A DNA stretch of 64,000 nt from Deltaproteobacteria bacterium. GTDB taxonomy: Bacteria; Desulfobacterota; Binatia; UBA12015. This document shows positions 11,720 to 20,939 of this stretch, piece after piece. The number at the start of each line of letters is the position of its first letter. Within the stretch, counting starts at the first letter, position 1. The stretch lies in contig JAYGCM010000063.1 of the NCBI GenBank assembly GCA_046583355.1, positions 32,001 to 96,000 of the forward strand, in the 5' to 3' direction. A model generated the notes under the pieces. It did no database searches. It was not told where the DNA came from and worked only from the letters and a program-made list of their open reading frames with translations. A program made the position numbers and the translations under genes.

Positions 11720-12973
11720 ATGCCTTCTGAAAAACGTAGAATCTACATGGACAATCACGCGACCACCCCGCTCGATCCGCGGGTTTTGGACGCCATGATG
11801 CCCTACCTCACGGACCGCTTCGGCAATGCGTCGAGCCGCAACCACCCCTTTGGATGGGAAGCGGAGACGGCTGTCGATGAGGCCCGTACCACGGCTGCCG
11901 GCCTGATCGGCGGCAAGGCCAAGGAAATCGTCTGGCTCTCGGGCGCAACCGAGTCCGACAACCTCGCGATCAAGGGCGTAACCGATTTCTACCAGGAAAA
12001 AGGTAACCACATCATCACTTGCGTCACCGAGCACAAGGCCGTGCTCGACACCTGCAAGACGCTGGAGCGCAACAAAAAGGCACGCATCACCTACCTCGGC
12101 GTCGACACCACCGGCCAAGTCGACCCCGAAGAGGTCCGCGCCGCGATCACCGACGAGACCATCCTCCTCTCCTTCATGCTCGCCAACAACGAAATCGGCA
12201 CGATCCACCCGATCCGCGAGATCGGCGCGATCGCCAAGGAAAAGGGCGTTCTCTTCCACTGCGATGCCACGCAAGGTTTCGGCCGCATCCCGATTGATGT
12301 GAACGACCTCGGCATCGACCTGCTCTCGGCCTCGGCCCACAAGATCTACGGTCCCAAGGGCGTCGGCCTGCTCTGGGTGCGCTCACGCGGCCCGCGCGTC
12401 CGCATCACCGGCCGGATCGATGGCGGCGGCCACGAGCGCGGCATGCGTTCGGGCACCTTGAATGTGCCCGGCATTGTGGGCTTCGCCAAGGCCATCGAAA
12501 TCTGCCAAGCCGAAATGGCCGAAGAAAACACCCGGATGCTGGCTCTGCGCGAGCGCCTCAACCGCCTCATCACCGACGAACTCGACGAGGTCTACCTCAA
12601 CGGCCACCCGAGCGAACGACTGGCCGGCAACCTCAACCTCAGCTTCGCCTATATCGAGGGCGAGTCCATGCTGATGGGTCTCAACGGCTCCGCACACCCC
12701 GACTATCCGGCCATCGCCGTCTCCTCGGGCTCGGCTTGTACCTCGGCCACCCTCGAGCCCTCGTATGTTCTGAAAGCTCTCGGCGTGGGCGACGAACTCG
12801 CTCATACCTCGATCCGCTTCGGCCTCGGCCGCTTCAATACCGAAGAAGAAGTCGACCAGGTGGCAGAACTCGTCATCAGCGAAGTACGTCGGCTGCGGGA
12901 ACTCTCACCGCTCTACGAAATGGCCCAAGAAGGCATCGACCTCAAAGATTATTTCGCCGGCATGAGTCACTGA
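11720..12973 (+). CDS. iscS: Cysteine desulfurase IscS
   Basis: [27 protein letters not shown]. Confidence 0.96.
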   Translation: MPSEKRRIYMDNHATTPLDPRVLDAMMPYLTDRFGNASSRNHPFGWEAETAVDEARTTAAGLIGGKAKEIVWLSGATESDNLAIKGVTDFYQEKGNHIITCVTEHKAVLDTCKTLERNKKARITYLGVDTTGQVDPEEVRAAITDETILLSFMLANNEIGTIHPIREIGAIAKEKGVLFHCDATQGFGRIPIDVNDLGIDLLSASAHKIYGPKGVGLLWVRSRGPRVRITGRIDGGGHERGMRSGTLNVPGIVGFAKAIEICQAEMAEENTRMLALRERLNRLITDELDEVYLNGHPSERLAGNLNLSFAYIEGESMLMGLNGSAHPDYPAIAVSSGSACTSATLEPSYVLKALGVGDELAHTSIRFGLGRFNTEEEVDQVAELVISEVRRLRELSPLYEMAQEGIDLKDYFAGMSH

Positions 12974-12997
12974 GACCGGACAAAAGGAAAAACAAAA

Positions 12998-13393
12998 ATG
13001 GCAAGCTATAGCGACAAAGTTCTCGACCATTATGCGAATCCCCGCAACGTCGGCTCGTTCGACAAAAACGACAAAAGCGTAGGCACCGGCATCGTCGGGG
13101 CCCCCGAATGCGGCGACGTGATGAAGCTCCAACTCAAGATCAGCAGCGACGGCATCGTCGAAGACGCGAAGTTCAAAACCTTCGGGTGTGGCAGCGCGAT
13201 TGCCAGCTCGAGCTATGTGACCGAACTGGTCAAGGGCAAGAACGTCGATGAGGTCGCCGAGATCAGCAACGCGATCATCGTAGAGGAACTCTCCTTGCCG
13301 CCGGTGAAAATCCATTGCTCCGTGCTCGCCGAAGACGCCATCAAGGCCGCGGTCAACGACTGGAAATCTCGCCAGGGCGGCGACGACTCCTAA
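12998..13393 (+). CDS. iscU: Fe-S scaffold IscU
   Basis: GAPECGDVM, FGCGSAIASSS, LPPVKIHC. Confidence 0.97.
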   Translation: MASYSDKVLDHYANPRNVGSFDKNDKSVGTGIVGAPECGDVMKLQLKISSDGIVEDAKFKTFGCGSAIASSSYVTELVKGKNVDEVAEISNAIIVEELSLPPVKIHCSVLAEDAIKAAVNDWKSRQGGDDS

Positions 13394-13423
13394 CCCCGAA
13401 CACCGGCATTCAAGGAGAAGAAC

Positions 13424-13762
13424 GTGGCGAGCGTAGCCAGAGGCATCACACTCAGCGACCAGGCGATCGTCAAGATCCATACGCTGATTCCCGAAGATGT
13501 GCGTGAGTCCAAGGGCTTGCGCGTAAAAGTCGTCGGCGGCGGCTGCTCGGGTCTTTCCTACAAAATGGACCTCGACGAGGAACGCAAAGGCGACCGAATC
13601 TTCGAGCGTGACGGCGCGCGCATCATCATAGACCGCAAAAGCTACCTCTACCTCAACGGTACCGAGCTCGATTATAGCGACGACCTGATGTCCTCGGGGT
13701 TTCAGCTCAACAACCCGAACGTGAACCGCACCTGTGGCTGCGGTCAATCGTTCGGAATCTAG
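13424..13762 (+). CDS. iscA: A-type Fe-S carrier (IscA/HesB)
   Basis: GGGCSGLSY, CGCGQSF. Confidence 0.93.
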   Translation: MASVARGITLSDQAIVKIHTLIPEDVRESKGLRVKVVGGGCSGLSYKMDLDEERKGDRIFERDGARIIIDRKSYLYLNGTELDYSDDLMSSGFQLNNPNVNRTCGCGQSFGI

Positions 13763-13771
13763 GCTCCCGCC

Positions 13772-14407
13772 ATGGCGCGGATTCGCTGCTGGCACTGCTC
13801 GAATACGCAGACGCCGGCCTTCTTCTGCACCAGCTGCGGTACCGTGCAGAACCTGCCGGGCAATGCCGACTACCTCGATGTACTCGGCCTGCCCTCGCAT
13901 CCGGCCATCGACACCGAAGCCTTGCAGGAGACGTATTATGCGCTCAGCCGTCGCCTCCACCCCGACCGCTTCGCCACCGGATCGCCCGAAGAGCTACAAG
14001 CCAGCGTAAGCAGCACGGCCTTTTTGAATTCCGCCTGGAAAACCCTGCGCGACCCCGAAGCCCGCGGGCGCTGGTGGCTCGCGCGCCAAGCCGAAGCTCT
14101 GGGCCGCGACAATAATAGCGTCCCACCGGCCATCGCGGCATTGGTCTTCGGGGTCCAGGAAGAGCTGGACGAAGCCAAGAGCTCGGACGCAGCCGCAGTG
14201 TCGCGCATCGAAAAAATCCGCGCCTCGCTGGAAGCACGCCGCGGCGTCGACCTCGCGGCCCTGGAAGCTCAGCTGGCGGACTGGCCCGCCGATGCCCCTG
14301 CGGCCACCGAAAAAAGCCAGCTGGCCGACCTGAAAAGCCGGCTCGCCGAACTCTCCTATCTCGCCACCTTGCGCCGCGATGTAACGCGCGCACTTGAGGA
14401 ATTGTGA
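13772..14407 (+). CDS. hscB: Co-chaperone HscB with N-terminal tetracysteine motif
   Basis: CWHC...CTSC, J-domain HPD. Confidence 0.92.
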   Translation: MARIRCWHCSNTQTPAFFCTSCGTVQNLPGNADYLDVLGLPSHPAIDTEALQETYYALSRRLHPDRFATGSPEELQASVSSTAFLNSAWKTLRDPEARGRWWLARQAEALGRDNNSVPPAIAALVFGVQEELDEAKSSDAAAVSRIEKIRASLEARRGVDLAALEAQLADWPADAPAATEKSQLADLKSRLAELSYLATLRRDVTRALEEL

Positions 14408-14408
14408 A

Positions 14409-16241
14409 ATGCCCCCGATTATCGGAATTGACCTGGGTACGACGAACTCGCTTGTCGGCTGGCTGAAAGACGGCAAGCCGGAACTCATCGGCGATGCCAG
14501 GAGCGGCCGCCTGATGGTTCCGTCCGCCGTCTCGCTTCTGCCCGACGGAAGCTTTCTCGTCGGCGAGACCGCGCGCGAACGCGCCGCCCTCCACCCGGAG
14601 GCATCGCTGCTCTCCATGAAGCGCTTCATGGGGATCGGCCTTGAGCATATCGATGCGGACGACCGAAAACGCTTCTCCTTCGCCGATACCGCCGGTGTCT
14701 TGCGCCTGCAGGTCCGCGCCGAGGAAGCCAGCGAGCTGCTCACACCGCCCGAGGCCTCCTCGCTGATATTGCGCGAACTCAAGCGCCGCGCCGAAGAACA
14801 TATCGGGGAGAAGGTCGAGCGTGCGGTCATCACAGTGCCTGCGTATTTCGACGATAGCCAGCGCCAAGCCACCCGCGATGCCGCCCGGTTGGCCGGGCTC
14901 GATGTCTTGCGCCTGGTCGGCGAGCCGACCGCAGCGGCCTTGGCCTACGGCCTGGAAAAAGAAGAAGAAGCCGTAGTCGCGGTCTTCGACCTCGGCGGTG
15001 GCACCTTCGATATTTCGATTCTGCAATTGCGGCAGGGGCTCTCCGAAGTTCTCGCCACCGGCGGTGATACCCGACTCGGCGGCGACGATTTCGACCACCG
15101 CATCGCCGACCTGCTGCGCGGCAAGATCGAACTCAGCGAAGACGAGCAGGCCGACCCGCGTACCCACTCGCTGCTGCTCGCCGCCGCCATCCGCGCCAAG
15201 CATGCGCTCAGCGAAGAGACCACGACCAGGCTGGATATTGCCTTACCCGGCGGCACGCGAGTTGTGGAACTCACGCGCGCGGCCTTTGACGAGGCCATTA
15301 CCGACCTCGTCGATCGCATGCTGAAGCATTGCCAGCGCACGCTCAGCGACGCCGGCCGCAGCACCGGCGAGATCGACCAGATCATTCTCGTGGGCGGCTC
15401 CACCCGTGTACCCCTGGTCAAGAGCCGAACCAGCGAGTTCTTCGGCCGCGCCTGCCTGGACGATGTCGACGCCGATGGCGTCGTCGCCATGGGCGCCTCG
15501 ATCCAAGCCGGGATTCTCTCCGGTGGCAGCAGCGATATGCTCTTGCTCGATGTCGTGCCGCTATCGCTCGGCATCGAGACAATGGGCGGCGTCCTCTCGC
15601 GTCTGATCGACCGCAATACTACAATCCCGGCGGCCGCGCGCGAGCAATTCACCACCGCCGTCGACAACCAGACCCACGTCGATATTCATGTTCTACAAGG
15701 CGAGCGCGAGCTCGCCGGTGATTGCCGTAGCCTGGCGCGCTTCCGCATACCGATTCCGCCGCAGGTGGCCGGACTGCCGCGAGTCGAGGTTACGTTCATC
15801 ATTGACGCCAACGGCATCCTCTCGGTTTCGGCGCGCGACGAGCATACCAACGCCGAACAATCGGTGGAGGTGAAACCCAGCTATGGCCTGGACGACGACG
15901 CCATCGAGACAATGATCGAAGAAAGCTTTGATCTGGCCGAAGAAGATTTCGCCGCGCGCCAACTCATCGAGGCCAGGGTCGAGGCCGAGACCCTATTGCA
16001 TGGCGCCGACAGCGCCCGCGAGTCGCATGGGCAGCTGCTCAACGACGAGGAGCGCACGGCGATCGAGGCCGCGGCTGTTGCTCTCCGCGAGGCCTGCGCG
16101 CAGGACGATTATAATATCATCCGCGACCGAACCGAGGAGCTCAACGAGGCCAGCGGAAACTTTGCCCAGCGCATCATGGATGCGTCAATCAAAGTCGCCG
16201 TCGAGTCCCGCAATGTCAGCGAGTTGGTGGGGGAAGCATGA
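14409..16241 (+). CDS. hscA: Fe-S chaperone HscA (Hsp70 family)
   Basis: GIDLGTTNS, DLGGGTFDIS, VGGSTRVP, VKPSYGL; isc context. Confidence 0.93.
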   Translation: MPPIIGIDLGTTNSLVGWLKDGKPELIGDARSGRLMVPSAVSLLPDGSFLVGETARERAALHPEASLLSMKRFMGIGLEHIDADDRKRFSFADTAGVLRLQVRAEEASELLTPPEASSLILRELKRRAEEHIGEKVERAVITVPAYFDDSQRQATRDAARLAGLDVLRLVGEPTAAALAYGLEKEEEAVVAVFDLGGGTFDISILQLRQGLSEVLATGGDTRLGGDDFDHRIADLLRGKIELSEDEQADPRTHSLLLAAAIRAKHALSEETTTRLDIALPGGTRVVELTRAAFDEAITDLVDRMLKHCQRTLSDAGRSTGEIDQIILVGGSTRVPLVKSRTSEFFGRACLDDVDADGVVAMGASIQAGILSGGSSDMLLLDVVPLSLGIETMGGVLSRLIDRNTTIPAAAREQFTTAVDNQTHVDIHVLQGERELAGDCRSLARFRIPIPPQVAGLPRVEVTFIIDANGILSVSARDEHTNAEQSVEVKPSYGLDDDAIETMIEESFDLAEEDFAARQLIEARVEAETLLHGADSARESHGQLLNDEERTAIEAAAVALREACAQDDYNIIRDRTEELNEASGNFAQRIMDASIKVAVESRNVSELVGEA

Positions 16242-16561
16242 AACATCGCGTGACCTTCTTGAAAGAGAACATCACCGTCACGGTCGATGACCAGGAATAT
16301 CCCTACGGCCACGACGGCAAACCGGGCTCGCTTCTCGATATCGCGCAAGGTGCGGGCATCGATCTGGACCATAATTGCGGTGGCAGTTGTGCGTGTGTCA
16401 CCTGCCATGTCATCGTGCGCAAGGGTGAGGAGAACCTCTCGGAGATGGCCGATGACGAAGAAGACAAACTCGACGAGGTACCCGGCCTCAAACCGAGCTC
16501 GCGGCTGGGCTGCCAGGCCGTGGTGCAGGGCGATGTCGAGATCGAGATCCCCGAGATCTGA
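16238..16561 (+). CDS. fdx: 2Fe-2S ferredoxin, ISC type
   Basis: CGGSCACVTCH...SRLGCQ; ATGA overlap with hscA. Confidence 0.93.
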   Translation: MKHRVTFLKENITVTVDDQEYPYGHDGKPGSLLDIAQGAGIDLDHNCGGSCACVTCHVIVRKGEENLSEMADDEEDKLDEVPGLKPSSRLGCQAVVQGDVEIEIPEI

Positions 16562-16585
16562 GAACAGGATAGAAGGAGAGCCCCC

Positions 16586-17047
16586 ATGCCATTGATGCAA
16601 GTCAGCCGACGCCTCGACTACGCGCTGCGAGCCGCGCTTCATCTGGCCCGCCAGGCGCCGGACCATACCTGCTCGGTTGCCGAGATATCGGCAACCGAGA
16701 GCGTACCGAAAAAATTCCTCGAAAAGATCCTCCAGGATCTCATTCGCCGGGGCATAGTGCGCTCCAAGCGCGGCGCGCACGGTGGCTACCTGCTGGCCAA
16801 AGCGCCCAGCGAGATCTCGTTTCGCGACGTCATGGAGGCAGTCGAGGGGCCGCTGGCCCTGAATGTCTGCGTCGGCGAGGGCGACCATACGCTCTGCTCG
16901 GTGAGCAGTGGCTGCGGCATGCAGCATATATGGGCCGAGGGTCAGCGCCGCCTGGTCGACCTCTTCAGCAAGACCCGATTATCCGATCTCGCCTTGCGTC
17001 CGGGGATCCCTGCCGAAATTCTGCAAAGATCGCTACCCGAAGGCTGA
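16586..17047 (+). CDS. Rrf2-family regulator (IscR-like)
   Basis: DYALRA, SKRGAHGGYLLA, three C-terminal Cys followed by His (C-x8-C-x5-C-x3-H). Confidence 0.9.
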   Translation: MPLMQVSRRLDYALRAALHLARQAPDHTCSVAEISATESVPKKFLEKILQDLIRRGIVRSKRGAHGGYLLAKAPSEISFRDVMEAVEGPLALNVCVGEGDHTLCSVSSGCGMQHIWAEGQRRLVDLFSKTRLSDLALRPGIPAEILQRSLPEG

Positions 17048-17078
17048 ATACCGTGGCGGGCCGGCCGTCTGAGAGGGC

Positions 17079-17486
17079 ATGGAATATTCGGTCCTCACAC
17101 GAGACGATACCGACACCGCGCTGCTCTTGCCCGAAGTCGTGACACCCGGGCAATTTGCCGGTCTCTTCGCGATCCCCGCTTGGAAATCCGGCGAGCACCG
17201 CCTTTTGGCCGCCGTTCTTCAAGATGGCCTTGAAACCTTTCAGAAATACGCATTCTCAGGCGACGAGACCGGCCGCGCCCTCTTTGCCGAGGCGAGGCGC
17301 TGGATCACAGACGCCTCCCGCGCAGGCCTCTTCTGCTTTGGCAGTATCTGCGACACTCTCGATATCAACGGCGAATACCTGCGTGACGGCCTGCTGACCT
17401 GGTTCGAACAGAATCGGGCCCGGCCCATCCGCATTCCCGCCCGCCACCTCGGAGATCCACGGCGCCGCATCCAACGCGCCGCCTGA
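17079..17486 (+). CDS. Conserved hypothetical protein
   Basis: RBS GAGAGGG; GEHRLLAAVLQDG..FQKY...EARRWI...FGSICDTLDI pattern. Confidence 0.75.
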   Translation: MEYSVLTRDDTDTALLLPEVVTPGQFAGLFAIPAWKSGEHRLLAAVLQDGLETFQKYAFSGDETGRALFAEARRWITDASRAGLFCFGSICDTLDINGEYLRDGLLTWFEQNRARPIRIPARHLGDPRRRIQRAA

Positions 17487-17520
17487 TCGCCTTGTATCTG
17501 CCAGCTCTTCGGGCAGATCG

Positions 17521-17567
17521 GGCACCTGCCACTCTCAATTCCCCCGAGAGTGGTAGGTGCCTTTTTT
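17521..17567 (+). terminator. Intrinsic terminator ending the isc operon
   Basis: 16-bp stem GGCACCTGCCACTCTC / GAGAGTGGTAGGTGCC (one G-U pair) followed by T6. Confidence 0.85.
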
Positions 17568-17600
17568 GTCTTGGATGTGCGGTCTAGAGCCTTGCCGCAA

Positions 17601-17636
17601 CAAGGGTTTACCCCTACAATCGTACGGAGACTCCTA
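17601..17636. promoter_or_regulatory. TAGG-N8-CCTA-type box(es) upstream of the H-NOX operon
   Basis: CAAGGGTTTACCCCTA (17601-17616); weaker CGTACGGAGACTCCTA (17621-17636). Confidence 0.5.
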
Positions 17637-17956
17637 TGCCTGTCGTGTCCTACCCGCCGTGCCCGACCTGCGGCGAAAAGCTCGTCCGCAAGCCGCGTGG
17701 CCGCTGCCCGAATTGTGGTGTGAAAATCGCTACTTTCGTGGTCGATGCGCGCGCCCGCGAAGAAAAAATCGAGAAATTCATTGCGATCCTCTCGACCATC
17801 ATGGTCGTGACCGTGCTCTTCCTCGGCGGCGGGTTCGGCATTCTCGAGGGAATCCTGATGTACGCCGCGGCCGGTGCCATCGTCTGGTACCTCGCCAAGG
17901 GAACGTTCTGGAGCCAGACTCTCGTCGAGGCACCCCCCGAAACAAAGGAAGAATGA
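17636..17956 (+). CDS. Small zinc-ribbon protein with two TM helices
   Basis: CPTC-x10-CPNC then two hydrophobic helices; RBS GGAGA. Confidence 0.75.
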   Translation: MPVVSYPPCPTCGEKLVRKPRGRCPNCGVKIATFVVDARAREEKIEKFIAILSTIMVVTVLFLGGGFGILEGILMYAAAGAIVWYLAKGTFWSQTLVEAPPETKEE

Positions 17957-17959
17957 CTC

Positions 17960-18523
17960 GTGTACGGATTGGTCAACAAAGCAGTGCAAGATCTTCTGGT
18001 CCGGGAGCATGGCGAGGAGGTTTGGCAACAAGTCTGCAAACGCGCCGGCTGGGACGGCGAGACCTTCGTTCGGATGAATTCCTACGACGACGACGTCACC
18101 TACCGCCTGGTCACGGCGGCAGCCGAGACGCTGGGCGTCCCCGCGCATGACATCCTGCGCGCCTTCGGGCGCTATTGGGTCGAGTACACCTCACGCGAAG
18201 GCTACGGCGATCTGCTGCGCATGTCCGGGCGCAATACCATCGAGTTGCTGGAGAATCTCGACACCATGCATAGCCGTGTCGGCCTGCAATACCCCGATTT
18301 GAAGCCACCCTCGTTCCGCGTCACCGACCGCGACGGCGAGCGGCTTCGCCTGCACTACATCTCGCACCGGCCCGGATTGGCACCGATGGTTCTTGGCCTG
18401 GTCGAAGGGCTCGGGACACTCTTCGGCGAAGAGATCGAAATCGAACTGGATCGATCACGCGAAGACGGGGCCGAGCACGATGAGTTCCTGGTTCGTATCC
18501 GGGGCGGCGGCGATGCCGCCTGA
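17960..18523 (+). CDS. H-NOX (heme-NO/O2 binding, HNOB) protein
   Basis: MYGLVNKA, YDDDVTY, FGRYWV, proximal His in LDTMH, PPSF, Y-x-S-x-R (YISHR). Confidence 0.93.
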   Translation: MYGLVNKAVQDLLVREHGEEVWQQVCKRAGWDGETFVRMNSYDDDVTYRLVTAAAETLGVPAHDILRAFGRYWVEYTSREGYGDLLRMSGRNTIELLENLDTMHSRVGLQYPDLKPPSFRVTDRDGERLRLHYISHRPGLAPMVLGLVEGLGTLFGEEIEIELDRSREDGAEHDEFLVRIRGGGDAA

Positions 18524-19043
18524 ACCTCCACGCTTCGGTTTGGCGGCGCAAGCCTTCACCGCCGCCTTCCCCTTCCACCTGGTCTTGAACCGCGAATTGG
18601 AAGTCGTGCAAAGCGGGCCGGTGATCCAGCGGCTCTGTCCGGGGTTGTTGGCCGGCGGACCCTTCCGCATGCATTTTCAGCTTCGCCGCCCGGCAGTCCA
18701 GCCGACCTGGGACGCACTGACAAACCAGACGCAATCTCTCTTCCTGCTGGAAGGGAACCGCCCCGGCCTGCTGCTGCGCGGGATGATGGTCGAACTCGAC
18801 GATGGCGAGCACCTCGCCTTCCTCGGCTCGCCCTGGCTGACCAGTGTGGGTGAACTCGAAGCGCTCGGACTCTCCTTACACGAATTCGCCGTGCACGATC
18901 CGATCGCCGACCTGCTCTTCCTGATTCAAACCAAGGATCATGGCCTCGACGATGCCAAAGCCCTGAGCGCAGAATTGCGTAAGGCGAAGAATACCGCAGA
19001 AGCGAAACTGCGGGAATATACACGCGACCCCGAAACCCGCTGA
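18513..19043 (+). CDS. Stand-alone HNOBA (H-NOX-associated PAS plus coiled coil) protein, no output domain
   Basis: AFPFHLVLNRELEVVQSG, FQLRRP, LRGMM, FLGSPW, GLSLHEFAVHDPIADLL. Confidence 0.88.
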   Translation: MPPEPPRFGLAAQAFTAAFPFHLVLNRELEVVQSGPVIQRLCPGLLAGGPFRMHFQLRRPAVQPTWDALTNQTQSLFLLEGNRPGLLLRGMMVELDDGEHLAFLGSPWLTSVGELEALGLSLHEFAVHDPIADLLFLIQTKDHGLDDAKALSAELRKAKNTAEAKLREYTRDPETR

Positions 19044-19071
19044 GAGCCGCCCGTCGCGCCGCACCGGACCT

Positions 19072-19677
19072 CTAGCGAACGAGCATGGCGTCACGCACCA
19101 ACTCGGCAAGCGAGCTGGCTTTCATCTTCGCCATCACCCGCGCGCGGTGAATCTCGACTGTCTTTTGACTCAGGCCGAGCTGGGCAGCAACCGCCTTATT
19201 GCGGCGTCCCGTCACGACGAGGTCCATGACTTCCTTTTCTCGCGGCGTAAGCTCGCGGACACGCGCGACAATATCCTCGTTGACCTTACCCTCCAAAGAG
19301 GCCCTCGCGTCGGTCTGCAAGGCCTGGCGGACGCGGTCGAGGAGGAGCTGATCGCTGAAGGGTTTTTCAATGAAATCAATCGCGCCGCTTTTGAGCGCGC
19401 GCACCGCCACCGGAACATCGCCATGCGCACTGATCATGATCATCGGGACCTTGATGCCGCGGCGCGCGAGCTCGTCTTGAAGATCGAGGCCGCTCATCCC
19501 CGGCATGCGAACATCGAGGATGAGGCAAGAGGGCCGGTGGCCGTCGTAGGCCTTGAGAAAATCTCGTGCACTCTCAAATGCCTTGACGACGAAATCAACG
19601 GATTCGAGAAGCCAGCGCAGGGAATCACGCATCGCGGCGTCGTCATCGACTACGAAGACCGTGGGCTCGACACTCAT
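19072..19677 (-). CDS. FixJ-family response regulator (REC plus LuxR HTH)
   Basis: VFVVDDD, LDVRMPGMSG, FIEKPF, LTPREKEV...KTVEIHRARVMAKM. Confidence 0.93.
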   Translation of the reverse strand: MSVEPTVFVVDDDAAMRDSLRWLLESVDFVVKAFESARDFLKAYDGHRPSCLILDVRMPGMSGLDLQDELARRGIKVPMIMISAHGDVPVAVRALKSGAIDFIEKPFSDQLLLDRVRQALQTDARASLEGKVNEDIVARVRELTPREKEVMDLVVTGRRNKAVAAQLGLSQKTVEIHRARVMAKMKASSLAELVRDAMLVR

Positions 19678-20837
19678 GATTTATCTCCTCCGAAAATCGG
19701 CAGCGCCAACGTAAATATCGCGCCACGCGGGTGGTTCGCATCTGCCCATAGACGGCCATGATGGGCCTCGGCAATGGTCCGGCTGATCGACAGCCCCATC
19801 CCGATGCCATTTCGTTTGGTCGTGAAGAACGCGTCGAAGACGCGCGTCAGAAGAGCGGGGCTCAGCCCGGGGCCAGTATCGGCCACGGAAATCGCAACGC
19901 TCTCATCGCCTTCGCGGAAGGTCCGAATGGTCACACGTCTTTCCTCTTCTTCATCCTGCTCCCGCATCGCTTCACAGGCATTTCGTACCAGATTGAGAAC
20001 GATCTGCTCTACCTGAATCGAATCTACCACGACCGCAGGAATTTCGGGTGCCAAATCGAGAGAAATGGCGACTCGCTTGTCGCGCATCTCGGATTCCATC
20101 AGGCGTAGCGTACGCCGCGCCAGCTCATCGAGCGTCAAGCGTTCGCGCTCGGCGATTTCCTTGCGCGCCAGGCTCTTCAGCCGACGAACGATCTCGCTGG
20201 CCCGCATCGCCTCAGAGGAGATTCGTGCGAGCGCGGCGCTGACCGCGCGGACATTCTTCTCATCGCCCTTCGCCAGCCGCAGGATGGAGCCATTGGCGAA
20301 GTTGACGATGGCTGCCATGGGCTGGTTCACCTCGTGAGCGATCCCGGCCGCCATTTCGCCGAGCATTGCCAGCCGGGTGGCATGCGCCATCTCGGCCTCA
20401 TGGACTCGGTTCTGCTCTCGGGAACGGCGGCTCTCGGTGATGTCCTCGATCATCTCAAGGCCGAGCACGGCACCGCCTTCCCCGGCAATCCGGGTCACCG
20501 TGACGTCGGCGAAGCGCTCGCCACGGCCGGCGTCGCGGTAGCGCCGCTGCAATTTATAGCCCTGCACCGCGTGCGAGAAGAGACGCTCGGCGAGAAGCCG
20601 CTGGCCGGCTGCCTCATCGGCCTGAATTACATCCACGCAGGAGACCCCAACGAGATCCTCCTCCGTCTTGCCCAGCATTTCGGCCAGTGCCCGGTTCACC
20701 TGCACAAAGCGAAAGTCGGAATCGAAGAGCGACATACCGATCGGTGCCTCGTCGAAGATCCGGTGGAAGGGCTCCTCCCCAAGCGGGCGCTGCTGCGCAG
20801 ATCTGCCCTCTATAGGGGTTTTCGGTGATACAGGCAC
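19674..20837 (-). CDS. Cytoplasmic PAS-domain sensor histidine kinase (FixL/NtrB-like)
   Basis: One PAS domain; GEMAAGIAHEVNQP, NLVRNA, DTGPG, FFTTK, GMGLSIS; start uncertain. Confidence 0.9.
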   Translation of the reverse strand: MPVSPKTPIEGRSAQQRPLGEEPFHRIFDEAPIGMSLFDSDFRFVQVNRALAEMLGKTEEDLVGVSCVDVIQADEAAGQRLLAERLFSHAVQGYKLQRRYRDAGRGERFADVTVTRIAGEGGAVLGLEMIEDITESRRSREQNRVHEAEMAHATRLAMLGEMAAGIAHEVNQPMAAIVNFANGSILRLAKGDEKNVRAVSAALARISSEAMRASEIVRRLKSLARKEIAERERLTLDELARRTLRLMESEMRDKRVAISLDLAPEIPAVVVDSIQVEQIVLNLVRNACEAMREQDEEEERRVTIRTFREGDESVAISVADTGPGLSPALLTRVFDAFFTTKRNGIGMGLSISRTIAEAHHGRLWADANHPRGAIFTLALPIFGGDKS

Positions 20838-20904
20838 GGGAGAACCCTTAGCAGGAACGGAATTATGGGGATAGCACCCTGATCCATCTAGGGGTTTCCG
20901 GAAG
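20813..20904. promoter_or_regulatory. Cluster of TAGGGGTTT-type boxes at the kinase/regulator operon start
   Basis: TAGGGGTTTTCGGTGA (20813), CACGGGAGAACCCTTA (20835), TGGGGATAGCACCCTG (20866), TAGGGGTTTCCGGAAG (20889). Confidence 0.5.
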
Positions 20905-20939
20905 CTCTGCCCGAAACCACGCCTGTATCCGCCGGGTTT

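Noticed and set aside
19674..20837. Calling the kinase a true heme-PAS FixL
   Set aside because: The FixL heme-ligand motif was not recognised in its single PAS domain, so no gene symbol was assigned
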